The position numbers and the translations under genes were made by a program. The notes under the pieces are model-generated. The model saw only the letters and a program-made list of their open reading frames with translations, searched no databases and had not been told where the DNA came from. DNA of 64,000 nucleotides, taken from positions 2,303 to 66,302 of the forward strand of contig CADATZ010000006.1 of assembly GCA_902791025.1 (NCBI GenBank). The letters run 5' to 3'. Below, one piece after another: positions 8,058-16,969 of this stretch (position 1 is the first letter of the stretch; each line of letters starts with the position of its first letter). Source of the stretch: an uncultured Chloroflexota bacterium. GTDB lineage: Bacteria; Chloroflexota; Anaerolineae; Anaerolineales; Anaerolineaceae.

Positions 8058-10265
8058 CTAACTGCTAATATCAAACGATGGCGTAAAGGTGCTGCTTCCG
8101 TTCATCTTATAATAACCGCGGAAGATACGGGCCATTGCCGTTTTGACGCCTTCTTCATCAGTACCAACCAGGATAATAAGAAACTGCCGTCGGTTGTACC
8201 GTGTAATTACGTCAACATTCCGAATCGTCTGACGGATGGATTGTTCCATAAAATACATCGCTTTTTCCAGTTCATCCTCGTGGAATAATTCGCCCGGGTT
8301 CTCCTCCAATGTGATCATGACCAGTTTGAACGGATGATCAAAACGCTTTTCCAGATTTTCGATAAAATCATAAAGGTTTGAAAACTGTCTGTACTCCACG
8401 TCCAGAGCGCCATCATAATTTCCGTTTTTCCGTATCACATCGACCAGTTTATTAATATTTGCCCGATCATTCAAGCCCGATTCAGAATCCTTGTCATAAA
8501 AACAGAAGCCATTTTTGCCGTTTTTTTTGACGTGATATAGCGCTTTATCTGCCATGCTGTAAGCTTTGTTGTAAGTATCTTCGGGTGTACACATCACCAT
8601 TCCCGCGGAAAGTGATGCAGACCCGATCTCGGGATCCCTGTTTTTCTTTTCATCAAAATCGTGAATAATTTTCTGAACGTGGGATTCGGACTCTTCCTTC
8701 GAACAATTTTTAATGAAGAAAAGGAATTCATCTCCGCCGAGCCTGCAGGACAGGCAGCCATCCCCGTTTTTGATGAGACATTCACCCATGAGTTTGAGAA
8801 CCTTGTCACCGGCGTTATGCCCGTGCGTATCATTGATCTTTTTGAGATTGTCTACGTCAAAGAAAACGAAACAGCCGCTTTCTTCCTTCATGGCTTGTGC
8901 GATGGCTGATTCTCCGGCACTTCGGCTCATCACACCGGTGATGATATCGATCCCATCCATCGTAACCTGAGTGGTAAAGGCTTTCATGACCTCCTGCAGC
9001 AGCACAGATGAGGTCTCCAGATCGCCCCTGTTTTGTTCTTTGTGTTCATCTTTGGCGATCTCATCCAGGAGACCGCGATCCCATAAATCGATAAAAATAC
9101 GAACTAATTCAGGATCGAATTGTGTCCCCGCACCGTTTTCCATTTCATTACGAATACGTTTCCGATCACAGGCTTTCCGATAGATACGGTTGGAATTCAT
9201 GGCGTCAAATGCATCTGCAATGGCAACGATCCTGGCTTCTTCAGATATTTCTGTCCCCCGCAGTCCCTGAGGATATCCGCTTCCGTCATACCGTTCATGA
9301 TGACTGAGCGCAACATTCTCCGCTGTTTCAATCATGACCTTTTCTTTGAGGATTTCCGCGCCCATAGTAGTATGAGATTTGATGATGTCAAATTCCACAT
9401 CAGACAACCGTCTTGGTTTGTTGAGGATCGAATCGGGAACGCCGATCTTGCCGATATCATGAAGCATGGCAGCATAGCGAAGGTCGCTGATCTTTTCTTT
9501 ACTCCATCTCAGCTTTTCCGCGATCCTTGCCGAATAGAGGCTGACCCGTGTCGAATGGCCTCTGGTGTAGGGATCCTTTGCATCGATTGCGTTTGCGAGC
9601 GCCTGAATGGTCTGAAAGGACATCTGCTCAATTTTTCGGCTTCTTTCTTCCGCTACCGCGGTCTGTCTTGCGACTTCCTCGTTCAGCCGGTCGGTATAAT
9701 CAATTTCAAGCAGGGAGCTCCGATGATAGTGAATCATAGCGATTGCTGTGAAAATCGACAGACTGGCGTAGAGAATCGGGAAGCGGGTAAGAAAATCCGG
9801 TGTATACCAGACAGCCATACGAGCCTTAAGCGGCGTATAAAACAGGATCGCGTACAATACTGTATAGTAAAATGACAGGATAATGCCGTATTTTACACTG
9901 ACAAAATAACTGATACCGATCGGAAGCAGAAGCGACCAGAGAATCGCCGTACCTTTTGCTGCAGCGGTCAAGGCATAATAGGTGAAGGCAACTGCACAGA
10001 ATACAGTCGGTATCAGTATCGCTTTTTCGCGGTCTTTCTGAACCCCCGCTATATATGCGCAGCTGACACCGCCAAGAAAGGTGACCAATGCAGGAATCAG
10101 CATGGATTTCAGATCTGAGGTCAGGTCCATGATGATCAGAACCAATCCGAGGAGAGCGGTAAAAATACTGACAGCAGTCAGCGCCTTCAGGTTTTGTTCC
10201 CTCCGTTCACCGACATAGATTGAACGATTTAAATCATTCCATACAGCTTTTAATTTATCCGGCAT
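8058..10265 (-). CDS. Membrane c-di-GMP protein: multi-TM N-terminus + HD-GYP phosphodiesterase + GGDEF + degenerate GGDEF-like domain
   Basis: HDIGK and HHERYDGSGYPQGL (HD-GYP), RLGGDEFLFF (GGDEF), and a C-terminal RYNRRQFLIIL segment in a GGDEF-like context. Start chosen at MPDKLK (ATG 10263-10265). Confidence 0.8.
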   Translation of the reverse strand: MPDKLKAVWNDLNRSIYVGERREQNLKALTAVSIFTALLGLVLIIMDLTSDLKSMLIPALVTFLGGVSCAYIAGVQKDREKAILIPTVFCAVAFTYYALTAAAKGTAILWSLLLPIGISYFVSVKYGIILSFYYTVLYAILFYTPLKARMAVWYTPDFLTRFPILYASLSIFTAIAMIHYHRSSLLEIDYTDRLNEEVARQTAVAEERSRKIEQMSFQTIQALANAIDAKDPYTRGHSTRVSLYSARIAEKLRWSKEKISDLRYAAMLHDIGKIGVPDSILNKPRRLSDVEFDIIKSHTTMGAEILKEKVMIETAENVALSHHERYDGSGYPQGLRGTEISEEARIVAIADAFDAMNSNRIYRKACDRKRIRNEMENGAGTQFDPELVRIFIDLWDRGLLDEIAKDEHKEQNRGDLETSSVLLQEVMKAFTTQVTMDGIDIITGVMSRSAGESAIAQAMKEESGCFVFFDVDNLKKINDTHGHNAGDKVLKLMGECLIKNGDGCLSCRLGGDEFLFFIKNCSKEESESHVQKIIHDFDEKKNRDPEIGSASLSAGMVMCTPEDTYNKAYSMADKALYHVKKNGKNGFCFYDKDSESGLNDRANINKLVDVIRKNGNYDGALDVEYRQFSNLYDFIENLEKRFDHPFKLVMITLEENPGELFHEDELEKAMYFMEQSIRQTIRNVDVITRYNRRQFLIILVGTDEEGVKTAMARIFRGYYKMNGSSTFTPSFDISS

Positions 10266-10293
10266 ACCTTTAAATCCTATCCCACAAACTCCC

Positions 10294-10630
10294 TTACCAG
10301 CATCTTCTTCTGCAAATACAACTCTTTTTCGTATTGATATCAGAATAATAGTCAAATTTCTCTGCTCCGGTCTGGCTTGAGACATAGCGCCGCTCATCAT
10401 TTTTTTTCATGAAATCATCCCAAATCCGGGCACTGACTGCCAAAACCAGTTCTGCTTTCGTATTGTAATGACGGTAAAGTGTCGCGATCCCGATCGAGCA
10501 GGCGTTTGCAATTTCATTCATGGTGACCGCTTCAATCCCCTTTTTCCGGCAAAACCGGAAATGGGGCATTCATTATTTTCCGCTGACAAAAATCCCGTTC
10601 TCTCAGGTCCCGTTTCGGGTTACTGTCCAT
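10294..10630 (-). pseudogene. TetR/AcrR-family regulator remnant (frameshifted N-terminus, truncated C-terminus)
   Basis: The HTH segment GIEAVTMNEIANACSIGIATLYRHY is intact. The N-terminal MDSNPKRDLRE sits in another frame with stops between. The ORF ends after about 90 aa and runs into the next gene. Confidence 0.5.
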
Positions 10631-10783
10631 TTTTCACTCTCTTATTTACTAATGATATTGATTATATCAATTGTGTAATGCACTGTCAATAGTAATTTTC
10701 CTGTCCTGATTATTGACCTTTATCTGCTAATATCTTAGAGCCGCTTCTTCCATGGAACGCAGCTTCAGCTTGAGCCAATGGTA

Positions 10784-10908
10784 CTATTCAGGATGAAGCA
10801 CTCGGGAACTGGCATTCAATCTGCTCAGAGCGGTACGAGCTTCGCTCGATATGATTCAGAGCAAAAGCTTTGCCTGTCCCCATGTGCGCCGCCGCAGGTT
10901 CTGAATAG
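10784..10908 (-). repeat. IPE copy D, long variant with alternative ~55-bp central module
   Basis: Canonical ends (ctattcaggatgaagcactcgggaactggca ... gcctgtccccatgtgcgccgccgcaggttctgaatag). The centre is replaced by ctgctcagagcggtacgagcttcgctcgat..., which is related to 44141-44250. Confidence 0.8.
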
Positions 10909-11539
10909 ATACATATGGAGAATGAAATTACTGACGAAATTGCCAAATGCAAGTCCTTAACGATGCCCTATCCTCTGCCGAATCCGGTTATTGTATGACA
11001 TTTTGTGGGATTATTTCCCCGCAAAATCAAAAATGACCTTGATATGGGGGAGTATTTCAGGATGTAGGATGTAGGGGGGATGAATTAGAAGTAAACTGTT
11101 CCGGTGATGCGGGCTGGCAGGAGTGAAGAGCATGGAATATAGGATTTGAGAGGAGACAACCGCTTTGCTGTAAAAGTTTCTTTGTGTGGATATGATGGCT
11201 ATGTAAAGATAAACAGCGGCAGATCGTTGCCGAACTGCCGCCGAAAGGAGGAGCATGAAAAAAACATCCAATTTATTTTAATCAATATTACCATTGTTTT
11301 TTTCTTAACAAGAGTTCTTTTTTAAATTCATGATTAATAAATTTTAAGAAGACGATTCTCCTGAATGAATTCTTGCTGATTCCTATGACAAATGTCATAT
11401 TCTTAATGAATTTTAATTTTAATACCTTCTCAAATCTTAAAAATATGGTATATTATTGAATAAGGTAATCTTTGGAGAGAGAGCAACCGTACAGAGGATT
11501 CATGGCCACGCACAAATGCCATGAATTTCTCTTTTTAAT

Positions 11540-11634
11540 CAGACATTAGACGTTAGGACGCACATGGGGACTGGCACTCTTGTTCGGGCTGCGCCGCACA
11601 AGATGCCAGTCCCCACGTGCTCCGTCCTGAATAG
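11540..11634 (+). repeat. IPE copy E
   Basis: gacgcacatggggactggcactcttgttcgggctgcgccgcacaagatgccagtccccacgtgctccgtcctgaatag. Confidence 0.9.
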
Positions 11635-11647
11635 GCTCAACCTTGAG

Positions 11648-11668
11648 ATTTTAGGATTTAGGCATCAG
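11648..11668. repeat. Heptamer array (3 units, attttag/gatttag/gcatcag); inverted partner of 11741-11817
   Basis: Period 7. The units are reverse complements of the ctaaaNN/ctgatgN units about 75 bp downstream. Confidence 0.45.
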
Positions 11669-11740
11669 GTACGGGCTGCAATGCAGAGGCATAGAACCAT
11701 ATATTAGAAAAAAAAGAAAAGCAAAAATCGCTTTCCTTTT

Positions 11741-11817
11741 TCTAAAGTCTAAAGTCTGATGTCTGATGTCTAATGTCTAATGTCTAACTTCCAACTTCTA
11801 ACTCCTGACTTCTAAAG
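11741..11817. repeat. Heptamer array, 11 units (tctaaag x2, tctgatg x2, tctaatg x2, tctaact, tccaact, tctaact, cctgact, tctaaag)
   Basis: Exact period 7. 10 of 11 units contain TAA or TGA. The stop and the last ~6 codons of the ABC ATPase gene lie inside the array. Confidence 0.9.
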
Positions 11818-13423
11818 CTCCTGTCCCGATGATCTTGCCGCTCTTGCGGTGGAAGAGGATGATGCTGTCGGATATGAAGTCCATGTTTACATAGGAGCCG
11901 ATGGTGAAAATTGTATTGCCGAACACCACACCGGTCAGAAGAAATTCACCCACACGGATCTTGACGGTCGATTCCATACCGGTCGGCATGGCACCGTAAA
12001 TTTCGCCTTCGATCTTCCCGCCGGAATGGATCGAGATGAATTCCGGGCGGACACCGATGACGAAATCCTCATCGGTCAAGATCGGTTCTTCCTGCATGGC
12101 GTCGTCTTCATCATTGACGCGTTGGATGTGGTATTTAAAGACCTCATCCTTGTTGTTCTTTTCCACATAATCCTTTGCTTTGGCACGTTCCCTCAGGTCA
12201 GCGGCATCTTTCTCGGTCTTTGCATTAAGGTCGGAGAGCCACTTTTTATAATCCGGGACATCCTTGCCGCTGAAGCGTACCTTTATCCCGTCAAGGATCG
12301 TCAGCTCAAATTCACCTTGTGCGTTCTGCGTTCCTTTTGCCTCAATGAAGTTGATGGAAGGGTTCCCGACAAAGTCCGCCACAAAGAGGTTGTTCGGGTG
12401 TCCGTAGACGGTGAGCGGGGGCTGATACTGCTGCAGCACACCGTTGTTGATGAGGCAGATGTTGGTGGAGAGCGTCATGGCTTCCATCTGGTCATGGGTC
12501 ACATAAACGAAAGTGGACCCGGTTTCCACATGCAGACGCTGCAGCTCATAGCGCATTTCCAGCCGCAGTTTTGCGTCCAGGTTGGAGAGCGGTTCATCCA
12601 TGAAGAGCACGGAAGGTTCCGGAGCCAGTGTACGGGCAATAGCAACACGCTGCTGCTGACCGCCGGAAAGTTCAGCCGGATAGCGGTCCATGAACATGGA
12701 GATCTTCACAATGCGGGAAACCCGGCGGACGGAGAGATCGATCTCTTCTTTCGTCAGCTTGCGGACCTCGCGGACAGTCTTGCCGCCTGAAGTGAATTCA
12801 TAATCCTTGTTCAGGTTATTGGCCTTGACAGCGGCCGCAGCCTTGTCTGCCAGGGCATTAGCTTCTCCCTTGAAGTCACCGCCGTTCTCAAGATGATAGC
12901 CGACCAGCTTTTTGGCGGTGAACTGGGAGATCGTAAAGGCGTCGATGAGCTTGATGACGGCTTTTTTCTCATTCAGTTTCCCGGATTTGTCTTTACATTC
13001 ATCCAAAACCTTTACAACATCCTGCGGATTGGAAAGGATCTCCGAGAGCCGCGCATTGTTCTTCGCCTCGAAATCTATCTTCGGCATTTCTTCTTTGATG
13101 TTGGAAAGACCGAAGGATATATTTTCATAAACGGTCATGTTCGGCCACAGCGCGTAGTTTTGGAACAGGAAGCCGACTTTCCGTTTGTTGGCAGGAATAT
13201 TGATCCCTTTCGAAGAATCAAAGACCACCCGGTCGCCGATAGTGATCTTCCCCGTGGTTGGGGTTTCAAGACCCGCGATCATACGCAGTGTGGTGGTCTT
13301 CCCACAGCCGGAAGGACCCAGCAGGGTCACGAACGCGTTATTGTCGATGACTAAGTTTAAATTATCAACGCCGTAAAAATTTCCCCAGCGTTTTGTAACA
13401 TTTTCCAATCTGATTTCGGGCAT
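11798..13423 (-). CDS. ABC importer ATP-binding protein (MalK/UgpC-like) with two large insertions
   Basis: GPSGCGKTT, LSGGQQQR and LFMDEPLSNLD motifs plus a TOBE-like C-terminus. It is 541 aa, against about 360-370 aa as I recall for this family. Confidence 0.85.
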   Translation of the reverse strand: MPEIRLENVTKRWGNFYGVDNLNLVIDNNAFVTLLGPSGCGKTTTLRMIAGLETPTTGKITIGDRVVFDSSKGINIPANKRKVGFLFQNYALWPNMTVYENISFGLSNIKEEMPKIDFEAKNNARLSEILSNPQDVVKVLDECKDKSGKLNEKKAVIKLIDAFTISQFTAKKLVGYHLENGGDFKGEANALADKAAAAVKANNLNKDYEFTSGGKTVREVRKLTKEEIDLSVRRVSRIVKISMFMDRYPAELSGGQQQRVAIARTLAPEPSVLFMDEPLSNLDAKLRLEMRYELQRLHVETGSTFVYVTHDQMEAMTLSTNICLINNGVLQQYQPPLTVYGHPNNLFVADFVGNPSINFIEAKGTQNAQGEFELTILDGIKVRFSGKDVPDYKKWLSDLNAKTEKDAADLRERAKAKDYVEKNNKDEVFKYHIQRVNDEDDAMQEEPILTDEDFVIGVRPEFISIHSGGKIEGEIYGAMPTGMESTVKIRVGEFLLTGVVFGNTIFTIGSYVNMDFISDSIILFHRKSGKIIGTGALEVRS

Positions 13424-13425
13424 GA

Positions 13426-15273
13426 TTAACCTCCAATTCCTTCATCCAGGCTTGCGCCGGTGACTTTATTCACAATAGCATTGAACACCAGAATGGTGAT
13501 GATCAGGATCAGGTTGATACCGCTTGAGAACGCGTACAACCCCATTTCGTCGAAATAATCCAATGTGGTGGAGAGGATGAACCCCTGCACGCACAGCAGC
13601 ATGAACAGGGAGAGTTCCCGCAGGCAGGTCATGAACGGCAGCAAATATCCGCTGATAATCGATGACTTCTGAATCGGGATAATGATGCGGGTCATGCGTT
13701 TGAACCAGGGAATATCCTGGATGATGGCAGCCTCTTCGATCTCGCCTGAAAGCTGAAGCATGGAGTTCAGCGCGGAGCGGGAGGCGAAGGGAATGTATTT
13801 CACTGTACCGACGATGATCAGGATCCAGTAGGTGTTGAAGAGGTTCAGCTTTTCACCGGAAAGCAGGATGAAGTAAGCCACGCCAACAGCGATGGAAGGC
13901 ATCAGGTAGGGCAGGAAGGCTACCGAGTTCACGTAGTTCGCCCACTTGCTGCGCCTGTTCTTGGAGACCGCGTAACCGACCAGCGTGCCGATAGTACCGG
14001 CGGTCAGCATACAGGCAACGCTGACGAGCAGCGTCCCGCCAAAGGCACGCCAGATGGTCTGGTTATGCAGAATACCCATCTGCCCATACAGACCGTTTTC
14101 TGTGACGTTTTCGGCAGTTGTCCACCACTTGGTCGTCAGGTTTTTGGGATCCCCTGTGTACAGGTAGGAGTAGTCGCCCGGGTTGGGCAGGAAGGTCTCA
14201 AAAGCGAAGGAGATGATCGGGAAGATACTGGTGAAGAAGGTGAGGATCACCAGGATCAGGGCGATGATGTAACGGCCGGATTTGCCGAGATTGATCTTGG
14301 AGATTTGTCCGGATTTCCCGGTTACGGTCGTATAGCTTTTGCGGGAGGTCAGGCTCATCTGGTTGACCAGCATGATCGCTACACCGAAGATCATCATGAT
14401 GATGGCGAGGATGGAAGCTTCACCGGTATATTTCGAGTTCATGGAAATATACTTGGTGGAGAGCGTAGTCAGACCGAGGTAGTGCGGGACCGGGTAGGAG
14501 CCCATGGCGGAGCCGAATACCAGCAGAATGGTGGAAAGGATCGCAGGTTTGACCATCGGCAGCGTTACGCGGGTCATGATCTTCCATTTCGGTGTGTCCA
14601 GAATGGTCGCTGCTTCTTCCAGATTGGCATCCATATTTTTGAAAATACCGCCGATCAGGATGTATGCGAACGGTGCGTAGTGCAGCCCCAGCACCACCAG
14701 GCTCGGGAAAAGTCCCTGACACCACCATTTGGGCATGGTTATGCCGAACAGCGAGGCTAACAGCCCGTTGGAAGTTCCTGTCACTTTGTTGGAGTTAAAA
14801 AGGTTCTGCCAGACGACCGCGAGCGTCCACTGCGGCATGATGTATGGAAAGATGAAGATCGAACTGATGTATTTTCGCCAGGCCATATTGGTCCTGGTGA
14901 TCAGAAAGGCTACGATCCCTCCAAATAAAATAGAAACCACACAGGTCCCGACAGCCAGATAGACCGTGTTCAGCAAAGGCGTCCAAAGGTTCTTTTTCGC
15001 GAGTTTGCTTGTGAACAGGTCCGTGTAGTTCATCACGGTGAATCCGCTGGTTCGGCCGCTGGCCTTTTTTTCAAGGTTGGCATCGATCGTCCCGGGATGG
15101 ATCGTAAAGGTGTCCCGTACGATCGCGACGATCGGCGCGACAGTTGTGATCGTCAAGATGATGCCGAAGAGCAGGAGAATCACATTCTGGGGCTTCGAAA
15201 AGTAGGTCTTGACCTTATTCATGTGGATCGTAAAGGCAGATACTTTCTGCGTGTCTTGCTGTACCATACGCAT
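13426..15273 (-). CDS. ABC importer permease, duplicated (two-module, about 12 TM) type
   Basis: 615 aa, polytopic, with two permease modules as in FbpB/ThiP-type proteins. The start could be the second ATG at 15267, which has better spacing to GGAG. Confidence 0.8.
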   Translation of the reverse strand: MRMVQQDTQKVSAFTIHMNKVKTYFSKPQNVILLLFGIILTITTVAPIVAIVRDTFTIHPGTIDANLEKKASGRTSGFTVMNYTDLFTSKLAKKNLWTPLLNTVYLAVGTCVVSILFGGIVAFLITRTNMAWRKYISSIFIFPYIMPQWTLAVVWQNLFNSNKVTGTSNGLLASLFGITMPKWWCQGLFPSLVVLGLHYAPFAYILIGGIFKNMDANLEEAATILDTPKWKIMTRVTLPMVKPAILSTILLVFGSAMGSYPVPHYLGLTTLSTKYISMNSKYTGEASILAIIMMIFGVAIMLVNQMSLTSRKSYTTVTGKSGQISKINLGKSGRYIIALILVILTFFTSIFPIISFAFETFLPNPGDYSYLYTGDPKNLTTKWWTTAENVTENGLYGQMGILHNQTIWRAFGGTLLVSVACMLTAGTIGTLVGYAVSKNRRSKWANYVNSVAFLPYLMPSIAVGVAYFILLSGEKLNLFNTYWILIIVGTVKYIPFASRSALNSMLQLSGEIEEAAIIQDIPWFKRMTRIIIPIQKSSIISGYLLPFMTCLRELSLFMLLCVQGFILSTTLDYFDEMGLYAFSSGINLILIITILVFNAIVNKVTGASLDEGIGG

Positions 15274-15284
15274 CTCCTTTTTTT

Positions 15285-15347
15285 AGTGAATAATGAATAG
15301 TGAATGGTGAATAGTGAATAATAATTAGTGAATGATGAAAAGTGAAA
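15285..15347. repeat. Heptamer array, 9 units (NNTGAAT type)
   Basis: agtgaat aatgaat agtgaat ggtgaat agtgaat aataatt agtgaat gatgaaa agtgaaa. Starts 12 nt upstream of the permease start codon. Confidence 0.9.
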
Positions 15348-15434
15348 AATTATAGTGCTGCTTTGCAGCTGTCATGAGTTCTGTTTGGTTGAGTGTCATC
15401 ATTCATTTGTTAAAGCCGCGGAGCGGCATCGATT

Positions 15435-15469
15435 TTATTCATTATTCATTATTCACTATTCATTTTTAT
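15435..15469. repeat. Heptamer array, 4-5 units (ttattca type); inverted partner of 15285-15347
   Basis: ttattca x3, ctattca, tttttat. Directly abuts IPE copy F. Confidence 0.8.
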
Positions 15470-15566
15470 CTATGCAGGACGGAGCACTTGGGGACTGGCA
15501 ACTTATGTTGCGAAGCCAACACGAGTGTGCCTGTCACCATGTGCGTCGCTGTGGGGTCTGAATAGA
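15468..15566 (-). repeat. IPE copy F (subfamily 2)
   Basis: tctatgcaggacggagcacttggggactggcaacttatgttgcgaagccaacacgagtgtgcctgtcaccatgtgcgtcgctgtggggtctgaatag. Lies inside the SBP-permease spacer of the ABC operon. Confidence 0.9.
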
Positions 15567-15652
15567 TACATTCATATTTATAAAATAAAAAAGCTGCCTT
15601 CGGGAGCGTTTTGTTTTCCCCCGAAGGCATAAAAACACAATACTACAACGAA

Positions 15653-16969
15653 TTATTCACCGGAATATTTATCCAGCATTTCGATCCAGGAACCGACGGT
15701 GAAGGAAACTTCATCGCAGTATTCAGGATCTTCGAGAACCAGACCACCCTCATTGACCCACCAGTCGTAACCGCGGTCATTCATTGCCGGGAAGACGACA
15801 TTGCCGTTCTCATCGTTACCACCGGTCATGTGATGGAACTTTTCTTCGTTCGCGGCAGCGAGTTTCGGATTGGAGGAATAACCGCCGAGATCCTTACCCC
15901 AGGCAGAGAAACCGTCAACGGTTTCGGTCATGTAAGCGATGAACGCGCAGGCAGTCCACGGCATCGGGCTGTTGTCGGTGACGAACAGGTAGTGGCAGTA
16001 GCCATAACCGCCGAAGCCCTTGTAGCCATCCTGGTAAGCGGCAACAGTGATGTTGTTCTTGGAGACGCTGTCGGATTCTTCAACAGAGCGCAGCTTGGAG
16101 TAGACCAGAAGGCCGAACTGGTCGGTTGCTGATTTGTCAACCAGGGTGTTGCAGATCGGGCCGTCATCGGTCTGAGCGTTGTAGGATTCAACCCAGAGCT
16201 TGATCCATGCCAGAGCGTATGCGCCGTTTTCGCCAAGGTCCAGATCGTAAGCGTCTTCTTCAACTTCGTCGATCACAGCCTGGAAATACGGTTTTTCTTC
16301 TTCCGGGAGGGCATCGAAAGCTTCCTTCAGACCGTCAGCGTATTTGTCAGCGGTCAGCATGTACAGGAAGTTCTTACCGACGACTTCGGAATCGATATCC
16401 ATGAACAGACCATGTTCGCCTTCTGCAACGAAATCCCAGACATTGTCATAGGTCTTTTCACCGGTGTTGTTGAATTCGAAGATCTTGTTCAGGGTCTGCA
16501 GCGGCAGATAGCCTTCATATTCGCCTTCAGCGTAACCGTTTGCTTCAGCCCATTCCTTCGGGATGAATGTATCGAGGATGCCGGTCTGGACCATCTTGGA
16601 TTCGATCTGGTTGCCATCCTGGATCAGGACCATGGTGAAGGTACCGGTGTCCTTCAGGGAGTCAGCGGTCAGCTGATCGAAGATCTTGTTGTTCTTCGGC
16701 TGCTGCCATTCGAATTCCATGTTGTAGGAAGGATCGATGGTCTTCAGATAGTCGATGAAGAGCGGAAGGGCGGATTTACCGCGGCTGGAGTTGCCGACAC
16801 CATAGAACATCTTGCCATTGGATTCTTCAATGGCTTTCTTTGCCAGTTCTTCAAGAGTCATGGTCTGCGCCTGTTCGATGATTTCCTGCACATCATCGCG
16901 GGCGGAAGCCACCATGCATAAGCTAAGCGCCATCATAAGGGCGAGTAAAACAACAACAAACTTTTTCAT
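15653..16969 (-). CDS. ABC importer extracellular solute-binding protein
   Basis: Start at MKKFVVVLLALMMALSLCMVASA (signal peptide) behind AGGAGG. First gene of the SBP-permease-ATPase operon. Substrate unknown. Confidence 0.8.
   Translation of the reverse strand: MKKFVVVLLALMMALSLCMVASARDDVQEIIEQAQTMTLEELAKKAIEESNGKMFYGVGNSSRGKSALPLFIDYLKTIDPSYNMEFEWQQPKNNKIFDQLTADSLKDTGTFTMVLIQDGNQIESKMVQTGILDTFIPKEWAEANGYAEGEYEGYLPLQTLNKIFEFNNTGEKTYDNVWDFVAEGEHGLFMDIDSEVVGKNFLYMLTADKYADGLKEAFDALPEEEKPYFQAVIDEVEEDAYDLDLGENGAYALAWIKLWVESYNAQTDDGPICNTLVDKSATDQFGLLVYSKLRSVEESDSVSKNNITVAAYQDGYKGFGGYGYCHYLFVTDNSPMPWTACAFIAYMTETVDGFSAWGKDLGGYSSNPKLAAANEEKFHHMTGGNDENGNVVFPAMNDRGYDWWVNEGGLVLEDPEYCDEVSFTVGSWIEMLDKYSGE

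Noticed and set aside
11011-11271. 86-aa minus-strand ORF, and small plus-strand ORFs (10778-10960; a 7-codon ORF behind AAAGGAGG at about 11255), in the 1.2-kb gap
   Set aside because: No motifs, odd composition, overlap with repeat-derived sequence, and no supporting context. The evidence is insufficient to call genes.
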